Positions 12,901 to 25,942 are shown, counted from the first letter of the stretch. The stretch: DNA of 64,000 nucleotides from Leucoraja ocellata (GCA_036785375.1 JAWMAR010000079.1:744001-808000), one strand, 5' to 3'. Numbers and translations are program-made. The notes: generated by a model not told the origin, from the letters alone.

Positions 12901-15900
12901 AGAAAGAGATAGGGTTTACATCTCAGGTAGACAGTCTTTCAAAGGCCCCAAGGAAAGCTAAATGAAACGTGTTTTGACTTACAGAGAGGGAGTAGGGGCT
13001 ACAGAGTTACAGATTAGCGACCAAGACACCAGTCTGCCCCGGGACTGGATCTAATGTAGATCCCTTGGTTAAGATCACAAGTTCAAACATCTTTGGCCCA
13101 GCACTTTTTTCTCAGACTTTCTTGTCACAATGATGCTCCTCACTTCCAGTGGAGCTAAGCAACTTACATTTCATCCACTCTAGAAACAAGCTCACCAAAA
13201 TCGAGTTCTCAAGCTTCAGTACCCAGATGAAGTGCGACGCAAAGGTCGACATAAAACTCCAAAAAACATGGACTGTTTCCCATATCTCTGCAGCCACCTT
13301 GCATTGATGAAGAAATTTACCATTGTCTTCAGTGCACCAGCACAGCTTTTAGTAATTTGTGGCCAAAGATCAAGACCTCACATTTGGCTCAATACTTGTG
13401 GTCCACTGGGCAGCAGTGAAACCTGCCCATCTGTACTCTGCTGAGACCAGGATGGGTGAATGGTGGTGAACATCTTATGGAAGAAGGGGCTTTCAAGAAA
13501 ATATCCCATCTTCAACGATGATAGGGCATAGCATGTGATTGCCAAAGAGGAACCAGAAACTTTTGTAAACATGTTCACCGAGAAGTGCCATTTTGCTTTA
13601 CTCCTGAGGTGCGCAGCTACTTCAGCTACTTGTCCAGCTACTTCAGTTCGTTCCATGTGATATCAAAGATCAGCTGAGAATACTAGATACAGAAAAGCCT
13701 ACTGGACCAGACAACATACCAGCTAGAGCACTGAATAGCTTTACTACAGAACTATCTGAAACTGTAAACAGTTGTTCCAAAACAGTTACAATACGAATCT
13801 ACCCGGAAATTTGTCCAGGCAGGTCTTTCGACAAAAAGAAAGACAATTCCAATCTTACTCACTACTGCCAACCTCTGTCATCAGCACGTCGATTATACCA
13901 TGGGCAACATTGCCAACTCACCAATAACCTGCTTAGAGATACCCAATTTAAATGGTCACAGGATCATTCAGTTCCAGATCTCTTCGCAAACATGGTGTAA
14001 AGAGCTGAAATACAGATCTTGTGTGAGAGAAAATGCCCTTAAAATCAAGCACTGTCCAAGAGTTGCATGAAGATGCACTGATAAAGCAGAAGCATGGGCA
14101 TCAAAGGGAAAACACTTCAATGGCTTGTGTTATATCTTGCACAAAGGAAGATTGTTGTGGTTATTGGTGGGAAATCGGCCCAATCCCAGGATTTCACTGC
14201 AGGAGCTTCTCGGGACAATGTCCTGGGCTCAAACACCTTCTGCTGCTTCATCAATGACCTTCCTTCCATCCTATGGTCAGATGTTGGGCTGCTTATTCAT
14301 GGTCTATCTTCAATTCTATTCACAATTCTACAGCCAATGAAGCATTTCTTGCAGCAAGACTGAGATGACATTTGGGCATGGGCTCATGGGCAAGTAATAA
14401 ATGTGCCAGTCAATGTCCATCACCAGCAATAGAGAATCTTACCACTTCAGAGGCATTACCATTGCTGAGTTCCCTCCATTGTTATCCCAGAGATTACCAT
14501 TGAGCAAATCTCTGTGGGATCAACCACATAAACACTATGGCCACAAGGGAAGGTCAGATGCTGAGTATCCTGCAAGTGTTTCACCTTCTGCCAACCTATC
14601 CAACATGGCACCTGTTCATAAGTGGTGACTCTCAAGTTTAAGCTCCTCTTGCTTCTTACATTTGACCCATCGGCCACAGAACTGCAGTGAAAACAAGTCA
14701 TCCTTGATCCTGATGGACTATCAATGGAAAAGAACAAGAAGAAAATCAAGTGGTGGTGGTATTGCTTGAGAGAGTGTTGGAAGCCTGTACTTTACAGCTG
14801 ATCTGTGGAAGGTCTGTAAATAGAAGACAAATGAAAACAGAAGAATACAAAACATTGGATCTGTAAGGTACAAACCTTTTCAAATGCTGAAAATTTGAAA
14901 CAAAGCCGAGCATGCTGCAACTACTCAGCAAGTTGGGCAATGTCTATGGAGTGAGAAAATGGCAATTAACGTATATTGATGGCCTTTCATTAAATCTATT
15001 CAGAGGGAAATCTATTCCTCTGAATGGATATGTAGAAAAATGTAAAAACAGCAGGGGTATCTGCATGGCTAATCTTTTTTTAACTTCCTCAACTTTGACT
15101 AGTATTTCCTTAGCGTAAGAATGCGAGAGGGATATCCAAGAAGGTTTCCGGAAACAGTATTTGGATCATTCAACTAGACGAGGGATCATATTGGACCTTA
15201 TATTGGGAAATGATCCTGATCAAGTGACTGGTGTGGGATAATAATGAGGAATCATCTGGAATCTGAGGGAAAGCACTAAATTGAGACAGGGTAAATTATA
15301 ACATTATAAAACAGGAGCTTGGGAGAGTAAATTGGGAGCAGCAGTTATTGGGTAAATTCACACCTGACATGTGGGAGTTGTTTAATGGGCAGCTTATCAG
15401 AGACCAACATTTTTCATTAAGGAGGAGGGACAAAGATGGCAAGGTAATGGAACCTTTGTTGTTGAGAGGGGTTGTAAATTTGGTCCAAAAAAAAGAAGCA
15501 TCTGTAAGTTTTAAGAAATCAGGCAGAGCCATTGAGGATTACAAAGAAAACAGGAAAGAACTCAAGCAGGGAATATTAAACAGAATCCCAAGTAATTTTG
15601 TGCCTTGGGATTCTTGTTATTTATATAAGGGTGTCAAAGGTTATGGGGAGAAGACATGAGAATGGGGTTGAGAGGGAAAGATAGATCGGCCGTGATTGAA
15701 GGGCGGAGCAAACTCAATAGGCTGAATGGCCGAATTCCGCTCCTAGGATTTATGAATTTATGAGAATTGCAGAAAATATATCAGTTGTAATTGAACGCTT
15801 TGTCACCTATGACACAGAGGAAGGAACAGTTAGGGAAAAGGGATGATCCTTGCAGAGTACATATATAGAAGATGTCGCCTTCAGAATAGATATGGATCTT

Positions 15901-18139
15901 GAGAAATTGGGAGAATTGAACCGAGTCCTTAAGAGAAGCAGAATGTGAGGAGATTTAGCGAAGATAGTAGGAGTCTGAGCATGCAATTGATATTGAGTGC
16001 TCTGAGAACCCATTTTCTGAGATGACAATAGAAAAATCAGGAACTAGAACAAAAAAGTCATGTATGTGGATCATATGAAAATGATGTGAAAATTGCAACA
16101 AAGATGATGAAACTGGTGTTCTGATTGAGAGCCTAAAGCTACCTATACAGTCATCAGTGTGCTAGAGAAAGCGAGAGAGAGAGAGATTGAAAAGGGATAA
16201 ATTAAGGACTGGTCCACAAATCCCACAAAAAGAGACAGATATAGCTCAAACCCATGCAGGTTCTCAGAAGTAAGTGGTGTTAAAGGAGAAGTTGTTCAAT
16301 GTGAGAACAAGTTCAGCCACTTTGGGCCTCACTGTGTTTGTAGAAAAAGCAAAGGAAGTGGGATAGAGAAAATTGATATCTGGTGAAAATAATCCATTGG
16401 AGACCTGAAAACTGAAAAGCCAAAGTAGATGGTATCTGAGGTGATATTGAAATAAATCAAAAATTACTAATAAGGAGAAATAAGGAGAAAGAATTGAAAG
16501 GAATAAGTAAAAGGAATAAGTTCTAAATAACTGAAAGGAATAAGTTCTGTAAGACTAAACAGGCGACTAAATCAATGAGTCTACCAGGATCATCCTGCTT
16601 GTTGATCTTGAAGAAGAAAGAATTGGGCTATGCGTGGTTGGGACTATGATGTTGAAGACTGTACAGGGAAGAAAGATCTCCAGAAGAAATTAGGTCTGTG
16701 ATTGGGGAAACAGTAACAATGGGGGATGTTCTCAAGGGTTTAGATAAAGTGAATTATGAGGAAGCTTGGTGGAATATAACATTGACTTGACATGTTGTCA
16801 AGCTGGAAAGGGTACAGAGAAGATTTACAAGGATGTTGCCAGGACTAGAGGGTCTGAGCTATAGGCAGGGGTTGAGTAGGCTGAGACTATTCCTTGGAGT
16901 AAGAAGATGAGGGGTGATCTTATAGAGGTGTATAAGATCATGAGAGGAATAGATCAGGTAGATGCACAGTGTCTCTTGCCCAGACTAGGTGAATTGAGGA
17001 TCAGAGGACATAGGTTTAAGATGAAGGGGAAGAGATTTAATGGGAATCTGAGGGTAACTTTTTCACACCAAGGGTGGTGGGTATATGGAACAAGCTGCCA
17101 GACGAAGTAGTTGAGGCTGGGATTAGCCAAGCATTTAAGAAGCAGTTAGACAGGTACGTGGATAGGACAGGTTTGGAGGGATATGGACCAAACGCTGACA
17201 GGTGGGGCTCGTGTAGCTGGGACATGGTGGCCGGTGTGTGCAAGTTGGGCTGAAGGGCCTGTTTCCTCGTTGTGTCACTCTATGACTAATGACCATTTTG
17301 GCCAAAGGCCTAATTTTTTCCCGATATTTTGTGTGATCAGTATCTGCGAGAAAAGGAAACTGGGCCATTTGTATTTGCTCTTAGTGTTACGTCGGGTGGT
17401 CTTCCTAATTTAGGAAAGATGTTACATGGAGGAAAATTGAATAGAGTATCCTTAAACTAATGTCACTTCAGTATTTACTGGATTTTGGTATTTAATGTTG
17501 TGATTGTTTATATGGGCATGGGTATACTCCCTGACTTCCTCAATTTGAAGTTTACTTGGTGAGAACATAGGAAAGTGTGATACAGCAGCTTTTGCTGTAG
17601 CTTTGTTTATGCCATTGTAAAATATACCTTCAATCCTTTTCTATCAGCTATCCAATGGAATTCCAATTGAAAGCTGGTTCATGGATAAGAATGACATGGA
17701 GCTTTTGAAACTGATTCCGTTTCTAGAGAAACTAGTAGAGCTGGTAAGTTATAATGGCTTTTATTAATAGTGTATTAAAGAGTAGTTCCTCCAGGTTCTT
17801 GTGGGAAGGTTCCCCATTTATTGCCTGATTTTTCTAACTAACTGATCTAAGATGGCTGGTAATTGAGCACTTATAATGAATGACAAGGATATTTCCATAA
17901 TCACCATTCATAATTTATATCTGGTGACCCCTGGGAGAAATTGCATGTTGGGATATCTGAGGGCAGCCCTGGAATTAATGTAGCTTTCAGGCAGGCAAAT
18001 AATATATCTGTAGTTTTATAAGGATGTAACAAGGCGAATTGGTAAGGGAGAGCCATTGGATGTGGTGTATCTGGACTTTCAAAAAGCCTTTGACAAGGTC
18101 CCACACAAGAGCTGAGCGTGCAAAATTAGAGCACATGGT

Positions 18140-18170
<31 letters not shown>

Positions 18171-18302
18171 TAGGGTACTGACATAGATAGAGAACTGGTT
18201 GGCAGACAGGAAGCAAAGAATGGGAATTAACTGGTCCTTTTCAGAATGGCAGGCAGTGACTAGTGGGATACCGCAAGGCTCAATGCTGGGACCTCAGCAA
18301 TT

Positions 18303-18371
<69 letters not shown>

Positions 18372-19697
18372 AATTTAAATGTAGCATCTCCAAGTTTGCT
18401 GACGTCACAAAGCTAGGTGGCAGTGTGAGCTGCGAGGAGGATGATATGAGGCTACAGGGTGAGGGATAGGTTGGGTGAGTGGGCAGATGCAGTATAATGT
18501 GGATAAATGTGAGGTTATCCACTTTGGTGGCAAGAACAGGAAGGCAGATTATTATCCTGAATGGTGTCAGATTAGGACAGATTAAGACCTGCGTGTGCTT
18601 GTACATTAGTCACTGAAAGTAAGCATGCAGGTACAGCAGGCAGTGAAGAAAGCTAATGGTATGTTGGCCTTCATTGCAAGAGGATTTGAGTGTAGGAGCA
18701 AGGAGGTCCTACCCCAGTTGTACAAGGCCCTGGTGAGACCGCACCTGGAGTATTGTGTGCAATTTTGGTCTCATAATTTGAGGAAGGACATATTTGCCAT
18801 TGAGGGAGTGCAGTGTAGGTTCAGCAGGTTAATTTCCGGGTTGGTGGGACATATGATGAAAGAATGGGTCGACTGGGCTTGTATTCACTGGATGAGAGGG
18901 GATCTTATAGAAACATATAAAATTCTTAAAGGATTGGACAGGCTAGATGCAGGAACAATGTTCCCGATGTTGGGGGAGTCCAGAACCAGGGGTCACGGTT
19001 TAAGAATAAGGGGTAGGCCATTTAGGACTGAGATGAGGAAAAACGTTTTCACCCAGAGAGTTGTGAATCTGTGGAATTCTCTGCCACAGAAGGCAGTGGA
19101 GGCAAATTCGCTGGATGTTTGCAAGTGAGAGTTAGGTTTAGCTCTTAGGGTTAAAGGAATCAAGGGATATGGGGGAAAAGCAGGAACGGGGTACTGATTT
19201 TGGATGATCAGCCATGATCATATTGAATGACTGTGCTGGCTCAAAGGGCCGAATGGCCTACTCGTGCACCAAGTTTCTATGCTTCTATATAAAATAGAGA
19301 AAAAGAATTACTCTTAAATGTATTTAAGTCCAGGCATTTGGCAAGTCTTATATATAGAAATAAGATGTTAAATTTACTTATTATACCAGATGTGCTTATT
19401 TGAACATCACAGAGTCATTCCCTCAGCTGCACAGTTTGATCAATGGATAGCGCGCTTCTATAGATATTCATATCTGTGCTTAAAACAGCTTGAACGCACT
19501 TTGAAGAAAATTGCACAAACTGCTTCCCGACACACACTGTGGTAACACCACTGGAGATTTCACTGGGTGCTAATGAACCATCAGAACCAAATTTAAATTG
19601 AGCTCACTTTTCTAATATACTTCTCTCTCAGAATGAAGATGTTCGACCCCACATCAGAGAGAAATTTCGTTTGCATGATTTGCTCCCTCCGGATTAA
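831..19697 (+). CDS. CTDSPL2: CTD small phosphatase-like protein 2 (SCP4), 5'-partial, 10 coding exons: 831-965, 2411-2629, 4216-4336, 7546-7657, 8141-8227, 9134-9196, 9946-10025, 11415-11541, 17648-17743, 19632-19697
   Basis: Spliced translation ...[45 protein letters not shown]...[25 protein letters not shown]...[14 protein letters not shown]...[24 protein letters not shown]...[10 protein letters not shown] matches recalled vertebrate CTDSPL2. All introns are GT-AG and phases agree. The catalytic DxDxT motif (DLDET) is present. Confidence 0.97.
1792..1975. mobile_element. Palindromic Penelope-type terminal element with hammerhead core, 18-bp flanking direct repeat
   Basis: Inverted arms ~1823-1881 and ~1918-1976; CAGTAATTAAAAATGCTT at 1774-1791 and 1976-1993. 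Confidence 0.75.
1884..1911 (+). ncRNA. Minimal hammerhead ribozyme-like motif (degenerate)
   Basis: CTGAAGA-T-GGG-TTTCGA-CCC-GAAA-CCTT; helix III palindrome mutated. Confidence 0.45.
2411..2629 (+). CDS. CTDSPL2: CTDSPL2 exon ([22 protein letters not shown]...VHPMP)
   Basis: tttgtag| ... |gtatag, 219 nt; lies within ORF 2374-2676. Confidence 0.92.
2920..3245 (-). mobile_element. tRNA-derived SINE (HE1/V-SINE-like)
   Basis: Reverse complement of the SINE at 30536-30860 (GACCCAGGTTCGAG B-box, TTGTACGTTCTCCCTGTGACC core). Confidence 0.75.
4216..4336 (+). CDS. CTDSPL2: CTDSPL2 exon (APELNV...[13 protein letters not shown])
   Basis: tttttag| ... |gtaagt, 121 nt. Confidence 0.9.
4570..5400 (-). 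mobile_element. Degenerate CR1-like LINE 3' portion
   Basis: Antisense CR1-like segments such as AACTGCACACGACACTCCAAGTATGG and TTTTATACACATCTTATCACATCACCTCTCA. Confidence 0.6.
5951..6223 (+). mobile_element. Penelope-type terminal repeat fragments (tandem), 11-bp flanking direct repeat
   Basis: Two degenerate ...GACCCGAACGTC...AGATGCTGCCTGA...CTCCAGCATTTTGTGTC units; AAAAAGTCATT at 5940-5950 and 6224-6234. Confidence 0.6.
7546..7657 (+). CDS. CTDSPL2: CTDSPL2 exon ([37 protein letters not shown])
   Basis: gatag| ... |gtgaga, 112 nt. Confidence 0.95.
8141..8227 (+). CDS. CTDSPL2: CTDSPL2 exon ([29 protein letters not shown])
   Basis: ggcag| ... |gtaaga, 87 nt. Confidence 0.96.
9134..9196 (+). 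CDS. CTDSPL2: CTDSPL2 exon ([21 protein letters not shown])
   Basis: cccag| ... |gtgagt, 63 nt. Confidence 0.95.
9946..10025 (+). CDS. CTDSPL2: CTDSPL2 exon ([27 protein letters not shown])
   Basis: tgcag| ... |gtaagt, 80 nt. Confidence 0.95.
11415..11541 (+). CDS. CTDSPL2: CTDSPL2 exon ([42 protein letters not shown])
   Basis: tctag| ... |gttagt, 127 nt. Confidence 0.96.
13440..14620 (+). mobile_element. Old degenerate LINE RT remnant
   Basis: Frame-broken RT-like peptides ([38 protein letters not shown]). Confidence 0.65.
15100..15760 (+). mobile_element. Degenerate CR1-like LINE fragments including 3' tail
   Basis: [13 protein letters not shown]-like segment; tail GAATGGCCGAATTCCGCTCCTAGG. 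Confidence 0.55.
16790..17285 (+). mobile_element. CR1/HER1-like LINE 3' end
   Basis: [31 protein letters not shown]...RGHRFK; tail GAAGGGCCTGTTTCC...CTCTATGAC. Confidence 0.85.
17648..17743 (+). CDS. CTDSPL2: CTDSPL2 exon ([32 protein letters not shown])
   Basis: atcag| ... |gtaagt, 96 nt. Confidence 0.95.
18015..19290 (+). mobile_element. CR1-like LINE (RT plus 3' UTR), interrupted by poly-G and (TA)n
   Basis: [16 protein letters not shown]; ORF 18625-19128 ([27 protein letters not shown]); tail GGGCCGAATGGCCTACTC. Confidence 0.92.
18306..18369. repeat. (TA)n microsatellite
   Basis: About 32 TA units. Confidence 0.95.
19632..19697 (+). CDS. CTDSPL2: CTDSPL2 last coding exon ([21 protein letters not shown])
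   Basis: ctctcag| acceptor, TAA at 19695-19697. Confidence 0.95.
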   Translation, partial: NEDVRPHIREKFRLHDLLPPD

Positions 19698-21900
19698 GAA
19701 CATGTGGCCAACACCATCTCTGAAGGGGGCGGAGAAATCAAAAGCAGGACCCTTTGGACTACAAGACATTGCCATTACTGTTGAAATTTGCATTTTTGTA
19801 CCTCGTCTTGCTTTTCTTGTCTTGGACACCCACAATTAACCAAGGGGTTGCAGAGAGTGAACTCGGTCTCAAAGATTTAAGATGGTTTGGAACAGGAAAG
19901 GATATTGCAGGGTTTAAAAACAAAACAAAATAAGAAACGGTATATGCAGTTAAAAAATCTGAACGTGCAGATCCCGATAGCACATGTACAGCACGCAATA
20001 GATATTCTGTTGTCCTGTTTAATGTGCTTCTAAAGACAGTTTGCTGGTAACAAGTGTGAAATGCTGTGGTCTGTTGCAATACATGTTGATGAGACTTTGA
20101 CTGTATCAGCTATCAATAGTTGGCACTTTCCTTTGTGACACAAAACTAACACCGTTAGTACTTCTGTTAAATGTATTTCTGTTTTTGCCACCAGCATTTT
20201 GCTTAACTTGTATTATCACAGGTTTACATAGGAGGAGAATGCTGACTCTATATTTCCTCTGGGTGGTGCTTTTTAAAGTGGTCTTTACCCACTTTTTAAA
20301 GTGCAGGTCTCATTTCAACAGGAATGGCCAGTATATTATAAAAGATACAAAAAAATTATGGTTCAGGTTTTAGGCTTTTATGTTTTCCTAGTATATGAAA
20401 TAATATCCAATTATAAAAGCATTCCTTTTAACTATAATGTAATGTAGAATGCCTCCCGCCTCCATGACCACCTCCAATTCCCAAACAAGAAAGAATCATA
20501 TCTAATTTGAATCACCACCTTCCTGCTTTGACAGGCTGTGAAGTAATGTATATTTGTTAAAATAAAATGATAAATCTATAGGTTAGTCAAAATAAATCAT
20601 TTTCGTAACATACGTTTATTTATATTAATTAAAGAACAGAAATTTTCACCCACAGTAGCTGTGATCTGTTAAGAGAAAGGGTGAGCGTACAAAGGGAGAG
20701 ACATGATACAGATATTCTAACTTTACAAACTTAATTTTAAATTCATAAATTGTACAGTCTTCACCTGGACGAGGCAGAGGGAAGAATGGGAAATGGGCTG
20801 GAAAGAAGTAGGGGGGAAATTATTGCAGGTGATCAAATCTAACAGGTGCAGGACTCAATGTCTAATCAGCTTTTTATATCCACTGTCACAATACTTCACC
20901 TGCCATCATTTGGATAAATGTGGTGGAAGCATGATCAGTGGTGGCAGGAAGATGGCAGTGTGAGCCAAACAGAGACTGTTCTGACTGCTCTCTCCCCTTT
21001 CTCTCCCTCTTGTTGCCATTCTTCCCAAAAGTAAATCAGATTGTTATTCCCGTTTTTAAAAAAAATTGTCTCCTCTCTCCCAATCCTTCCCCTGGCTTAC
21101 TTTTTCCACGGTATTGTTTACTCGAAGGAGCATTGCATGAATTGCCTCTAGACTGTATTAATAAGCCACAGGCATCGCCATGGACTCATTTTCTAAGGAA
21201 ACTGGAAAAAAGCAGCACTTTTTATTACGGAGAGGAGCTAGGTGCATTTCCTTAGAACTGTAGAAGATTGTTCAGGACGAGGTGTGTGGTAGCAAAGGTG
21301 AGCAGCACATGAATGAGGATGGCAGTTAAATTTTTTTATGTATATTACCAATTTAATTGTACAAAACTTTCTTGTACAAAACTACATGCAGCTTCATTAA
21401 AAAAAATCCTTAAAGTAAGGAGAAATCTTTTTAAAGAAAGCGGTTTAATTTTTGTATTTTTGATTTTATGAAAGGCATGAGTTATGTCTACTTTTTCAGT
21501 GTATTAATGAAGATTTTAACTTTTCATCAGGTTGAGCGTTTTTCTTACTATTATCTATTGTGTATGTAGTTAGCACATTGTGACACTGAAATGTTAAAAT
21601 CTAGCATGTAGAAATAAGCCTGTTTTTTGTGGGGAGGAAGAAAAACCCTTTTATCCATTAAATATTTTAATCATGGCAGGTTTTTCTGCAGAAAATAATT
21701 TGAAAAGCGTTTGCATTTCAGAGAAATACTGATTTTGTATTTAAAGAAAGGTATTTTGCTTGCAGGAATCTATTTACTACAGATTCACTTTAATGATAAC
21801 CTTTGAGATGTATTTAAATACCGTAGGGCATCTGGGCATCTTTCTTTATGCTGTTTGTCATTTTGTCTTTATTGAAATAAAAAATGTACAGTACATTACT
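19698..21900 (+). other. CTDSPL2: Probable CTDSPL2 3' UTR, candidate polyA signal AATAAA at 21876-21881
   Basis: AT/U-rich stretch after the stop codon with no recognisable repeats. The end is inferred from the AATAAA; a distal AATAAA near 25215 followed by a GT-rich tract is an alternative. Confidence 0.5.
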
Positions 21901-22844
21901 TTTACAAATGTTACAAACATTTTGAAATGTTGCAAATTCTGCGTCAAGTAATCCAAACCTAATCCCTCTACTTAGGCCCTCTCATCATCAGCCTGTATCT
22001 TCCTCTGTCAAAATAATTTGATTTTCTTTCAAAAGATTAATGATCACCGCCTCAGCTTTTCTGTAACAAAAAAAAATGCTCCCACTGTGTTTTGCACTTG
22101 ATGCCTTAATTTACCAAAAGCAGTAAGATTATAATGATATTTATATTTGGGTTAAAGCAAGGAGTCAACACAAGATAAAAACCTTATTTTCATCAGGAGA
22201 GAACAGTGAATGTGCCTCCTGTACATTCTTCTCACTTTTTTTTAAGACGTTCTGTTTTCAGTAGAAGCAATTCTCAAAAATATAGACAATATTGTTATAT
22301 GGGCAACTTCTTCAATTCTCTCTCAATCTTTGCATGTCCGAGAATTCAGAAGGCTGGGGTTATTTGAACAAAGTTTTTTAGGATGTTAAGGGTAACTGGT
22401 AGGAAACTAGGACTTGTGAGACATCTAAAAAAATAGGCCCAGGCCTCTCAAGGTTGAAGTTAGGAAATATTTCTATACATTTTAAAATGGCAGTTGCTTT
22501 TCTTCATTTATTAATTCATAAATTGAGGCTAAGAATTCTGTTCACCAAAGGTAATAGAGCACAGTGTCCAAATGTGGGTTTATAGGGTTTTGTCACTGAT
22601 TGTCCATTATCTCATCAAACAGGAACAAAAACTCGAGGTACTTACTGGCAGCTACTTGTTCTAGTGGATCTGTGTTCCAGTTGTAGTGCCAACTTTATTT
22701 AGTTTGCAGCTAAATCAGATAGCACATCTCATAGTGTGATCTTGTTCACTGTCAATTTAGCTGATCAGGGCTGGTGGTGGTAGAAGTCATTACAATGCTT
22801 CAATTTTGCCCTCCCTCATCAGTTGATGAAATGGTCAAAGTAGA

Positions 22845-23160
22845 GTCATAGAGAGAAACAATATGGAAATATCATCCCACCATCCATGGTGCCCTTCAAC
22901 CATCCATTTACACTGACCCTACATTCATCCCATTTTTATTCTCCCCACATTCTTATCAGTTCCCATCATATTCTACCTACTCACTGTGGAAAATTTACAG
23001 TGGTCAACTAACCTACCAACTTGCAAGTCCTTAGGATATGAGAGGAAACTAGAACACCCAGAAAAACGTACACAGCACAGAGAGAATGTAAATTCCACAG
23101 GCAGCACCCGAGGTCAGGATGAAACCACGGCTATTCTGCTGCCAGCAGTGCCACAGTGCA
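22845..23160 (-). mobile_element. Degenerate tRNA-SINE
   Basis: GGATATGAGAGGAAACTAGAACACCCAG...GGCAGCACCCGAGGTCAGGATGAAACC resembles antisense HE1-like SINE. Confidence 0.55.
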
Positions 23161-25369
23161 CTCCGTCTCTACTCCCCACCAGCCACCAACTTGAACTAGA
23201 ATTGGATGCATCTGGATTTTTTGAGGGCTGTGATTAATTCCACTACTGTCAGTGTTCAACCATTTGATGCTCTGCTCTGCTTAATGACCACCTGGCAGAG
23301 GTATCAGGTCTTCTCTGTGTTCATGCAAGTGTTTGGATTATACTTGGATCCTGCTGAAATCAGACTTCAACTTGCTGGTTTACATATTGTCATGAAATGA
23401 ATCATGTAGGCTGCACATGAAAGCACCCTGTCTATCATTTTCACACTGGATCTTCTCCTGTCTCTGAATATTGATCCTCTGCCATCATATTACCTGACAT
23501 GGTAATCATACAAGCCAGGTGGAGTCCCTGGACATTGAAAAAATGTTCTGTTTGAATTACAGAGAATGTGCAGTTTTGAAACTGGCTCTGCTGGCAAACT
23601 CATGCTAATATTCTCCCAACCCACTTCGTCAGAGCCTATCAATGTTCCTTTCTACTCGGTTCCCCCTTAAACTGCCATTACCGCAACCACTCCCTGGGGG
23701 ATTGGTTTCCACATTCCCACCACTGTCTCGGCAAATAAGTATGACGTGAATTCATTTGTTAGTTTATATTTCTGGGAGCTTGATTTTTGTGTGGAAACGT
23801 CTGAACACGTTTTTTTGGAGCATTTTGTGACCATCCTTCAGCCTTCGTTTCCATGAGAAAATTACCCCAAGCTGTTCAGCCTTTTGTGATTGTTATAACA
23901 TTAGCAGAATGAGTTCTTGAACCTTGGGCTGCGGCCTGTCACCACAGCTTCACAGACGCTCTTCAAAAGGATTGGTAGGTGCCTCCCCCTCCTGCCCCCC
24001 CCCCCCCCCCCCCCTTCTCCCCCTCCAAACAGTTAAGAAACCTGCACGCTGTAAATGAACCGGGGTGAACATTCGGCAGAAAATCTCAGCTCACATATTT
24101 GTTAGGGGATAGGAGGAGGCCATTCTACCCTCAGGTCCATGCTGCACAGAGCCATTCACCTTTTCTTATCCTGCAGGCCTGCAAACAGCGTTATATCATG
24201 AGCTTCCACTTCCCTCTCAAAAACCTGTTTTTAACAATCAATACAAGCAGTAAGTTCCAACCCAGAAGCTCACTTGATCTTTTAAAAAGATACTTCCCGA
24301 GCATTTTCCCAGTAATCCTTACCTTCTAATGGGAACAGCTTCTCGTTATTTATACTGTTTGGAACCATCATTATCTCAAGTCTCCTCTCAATGTTCTCTA
24401 TTCAAAGCTCTCCCAATATTTGATTAGGAGAAGGTGCCCATAGAGATGAGGAATTGTTTCATCAGCATAGAGGAGATCAGGGTCTAGGTGGTGGATGGGA
24501 GTGAGAAGGTATGCGGGTATCTCAATTTGAAAAATTGATAGTGAAGATTATGTACACTAATAAATGACCTGCTGTAATAACATCTGGTGTCTCTGTCATG
24601 TCAAAGAGCAGGACTGCCAGGATAGCTGGCAATGGAGATAGCCTGCAGGCTTACATGTAACTTAGGCAAGATAATGTGAGGATTGAAACGCATGAAGGGT
24701 CAACACCTTTATATTAATATAGGTCTAAAGTAAACTTGAAAATGAAACCCATCGTTTAGATTGCACTGCCTTTATTTGACACTCCGGAACTTGTGAAAGG
24801 ATTGTTTCTCTACCTTTTGTATATTGGTTAATTCTAATGCCACTGTCTCCATTTTGGAATCTTAACATTTTCTGCATTTCTCCAAAGTCATATCTGACCA
24901 AGTTTATATTCCTTTAACTTTCCACACCTGTAAAATTGGCTATAAATGTTAGACTGCTACAGTCTGAAATTAGCATCATTGACTTTGTGCTAGTTTATTT
25001 TTGGTAGTAACATGGGAAAATGTGAATATAAAATCTGGAATAAGAAAAGATCAATCAACTCTATTGATGTGGACTGCAACTTGTACCAATCAAGGTTGAA
25101 TGACCATAGGCAAACCTCATAGCTTTCTGAACAATTATCTCACATTGGAGTAATCAAACAATGCTCATGATGAGCAATGTTTGCTTTTGTTACTATTGAA
25201 AAGTATATACAATCAATAAATTTTTTAATGAAATGTTTTTGCTTCTTGCATTGTGTTTTTCATTTTATTTTGATTGTTACCTATCTTTAAGGCTTCACTC
25301 CCTTGAGATTTAAAGCACTCCATTTCAATGGGTAACACAACTATGAACCGTTATGTTGTGTGTTCAGGT

Positions 25370-25700
25370 ATCAAGAAATAAATGTGGCTCTGACAAAGTG
25401 CTACACAGGAGGTACCTTCTTTTGGATGAGATGTTAAGTGTCTGCTGTCTCGAAAGGATGTTAAAGGTTTCAATGCACTATATTGAAGAAGAACAAGAGG
25501 GGTTTCATCCAACCTGCTGGCAGTAGTCAGAATTGTTAAACGGGTCATTCTCATTCCTCACTGAAAGCAGTTTCAGTGCACAAATTGGCTCCTGTATTTT
25601 CTAAATTAACTCTTTTTGACTGCCTTAAAAGTATTTGATTGGCTGTAAATTGATTTGAGGTGTCCTGAGGGTGTTGATGATACAAGAGACACGCACATCT
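25370..25700 (+). mobile_element. DeuSINE (SacSINE1-like) remnant
   Basis: TCTTTGGATGAGATGTTAA...GCACTATATTGAAGAAGAACAAG...CAAATTGGCT...GATTGGCTGTAAA resembles recalled Deu-domain SINE. Related remnants at ~10735-10900(-), 39005-39120, 41160-41370(-), 43640-43960(-), 48130-48380, 57270-57460(-). Confidence 0.55.
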
Positions 25701-25702
25701 TT

Positions 25703-25942
25703 TACATAGAAATTAGGTGCAGGAGTAGGCCATTCGGCCCTTCGAGCCTGCACCGCCATTCAATATGATCATGGCTGATCATCCAACTCAGTATCCCGTA
25801 CCTGCCTTCTCTCCATACCCCCTGATCCCCTTAGCCACAAGGGCCACATCTAACTCCCTCTTAAATATAGCCAATGAACTGGCCTCAACTACCCTCTGTG
25901 GCAGAGAGTTCCAGAGATTCACCACTCTCTGTGTGAAAAAGT
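25703..25942 (-). mobile_element. Young CR1-like LINE 3' end
   Basis: TAGAAATTAGGTGCAGGAGTAGGCCATTCGGCCCTTCGAGCC... is the reverse complement of the tail at 19200-19290; near-identical copy at 56871-57120. Confidence 0.85.

Noticed and set aside
16080-16125. Box C/D snoRNA-like ATGATGA...CTGA in a CTDSPL2 intron
   Set aside because: Boxes are only ~11 nt apart with no terminal stem; chance match in a purine-rich tract.
18625-19128. 167-aa ORF as a host gene
   Set aside because: CR1 reverse-transcriptase C-terminal fragment.
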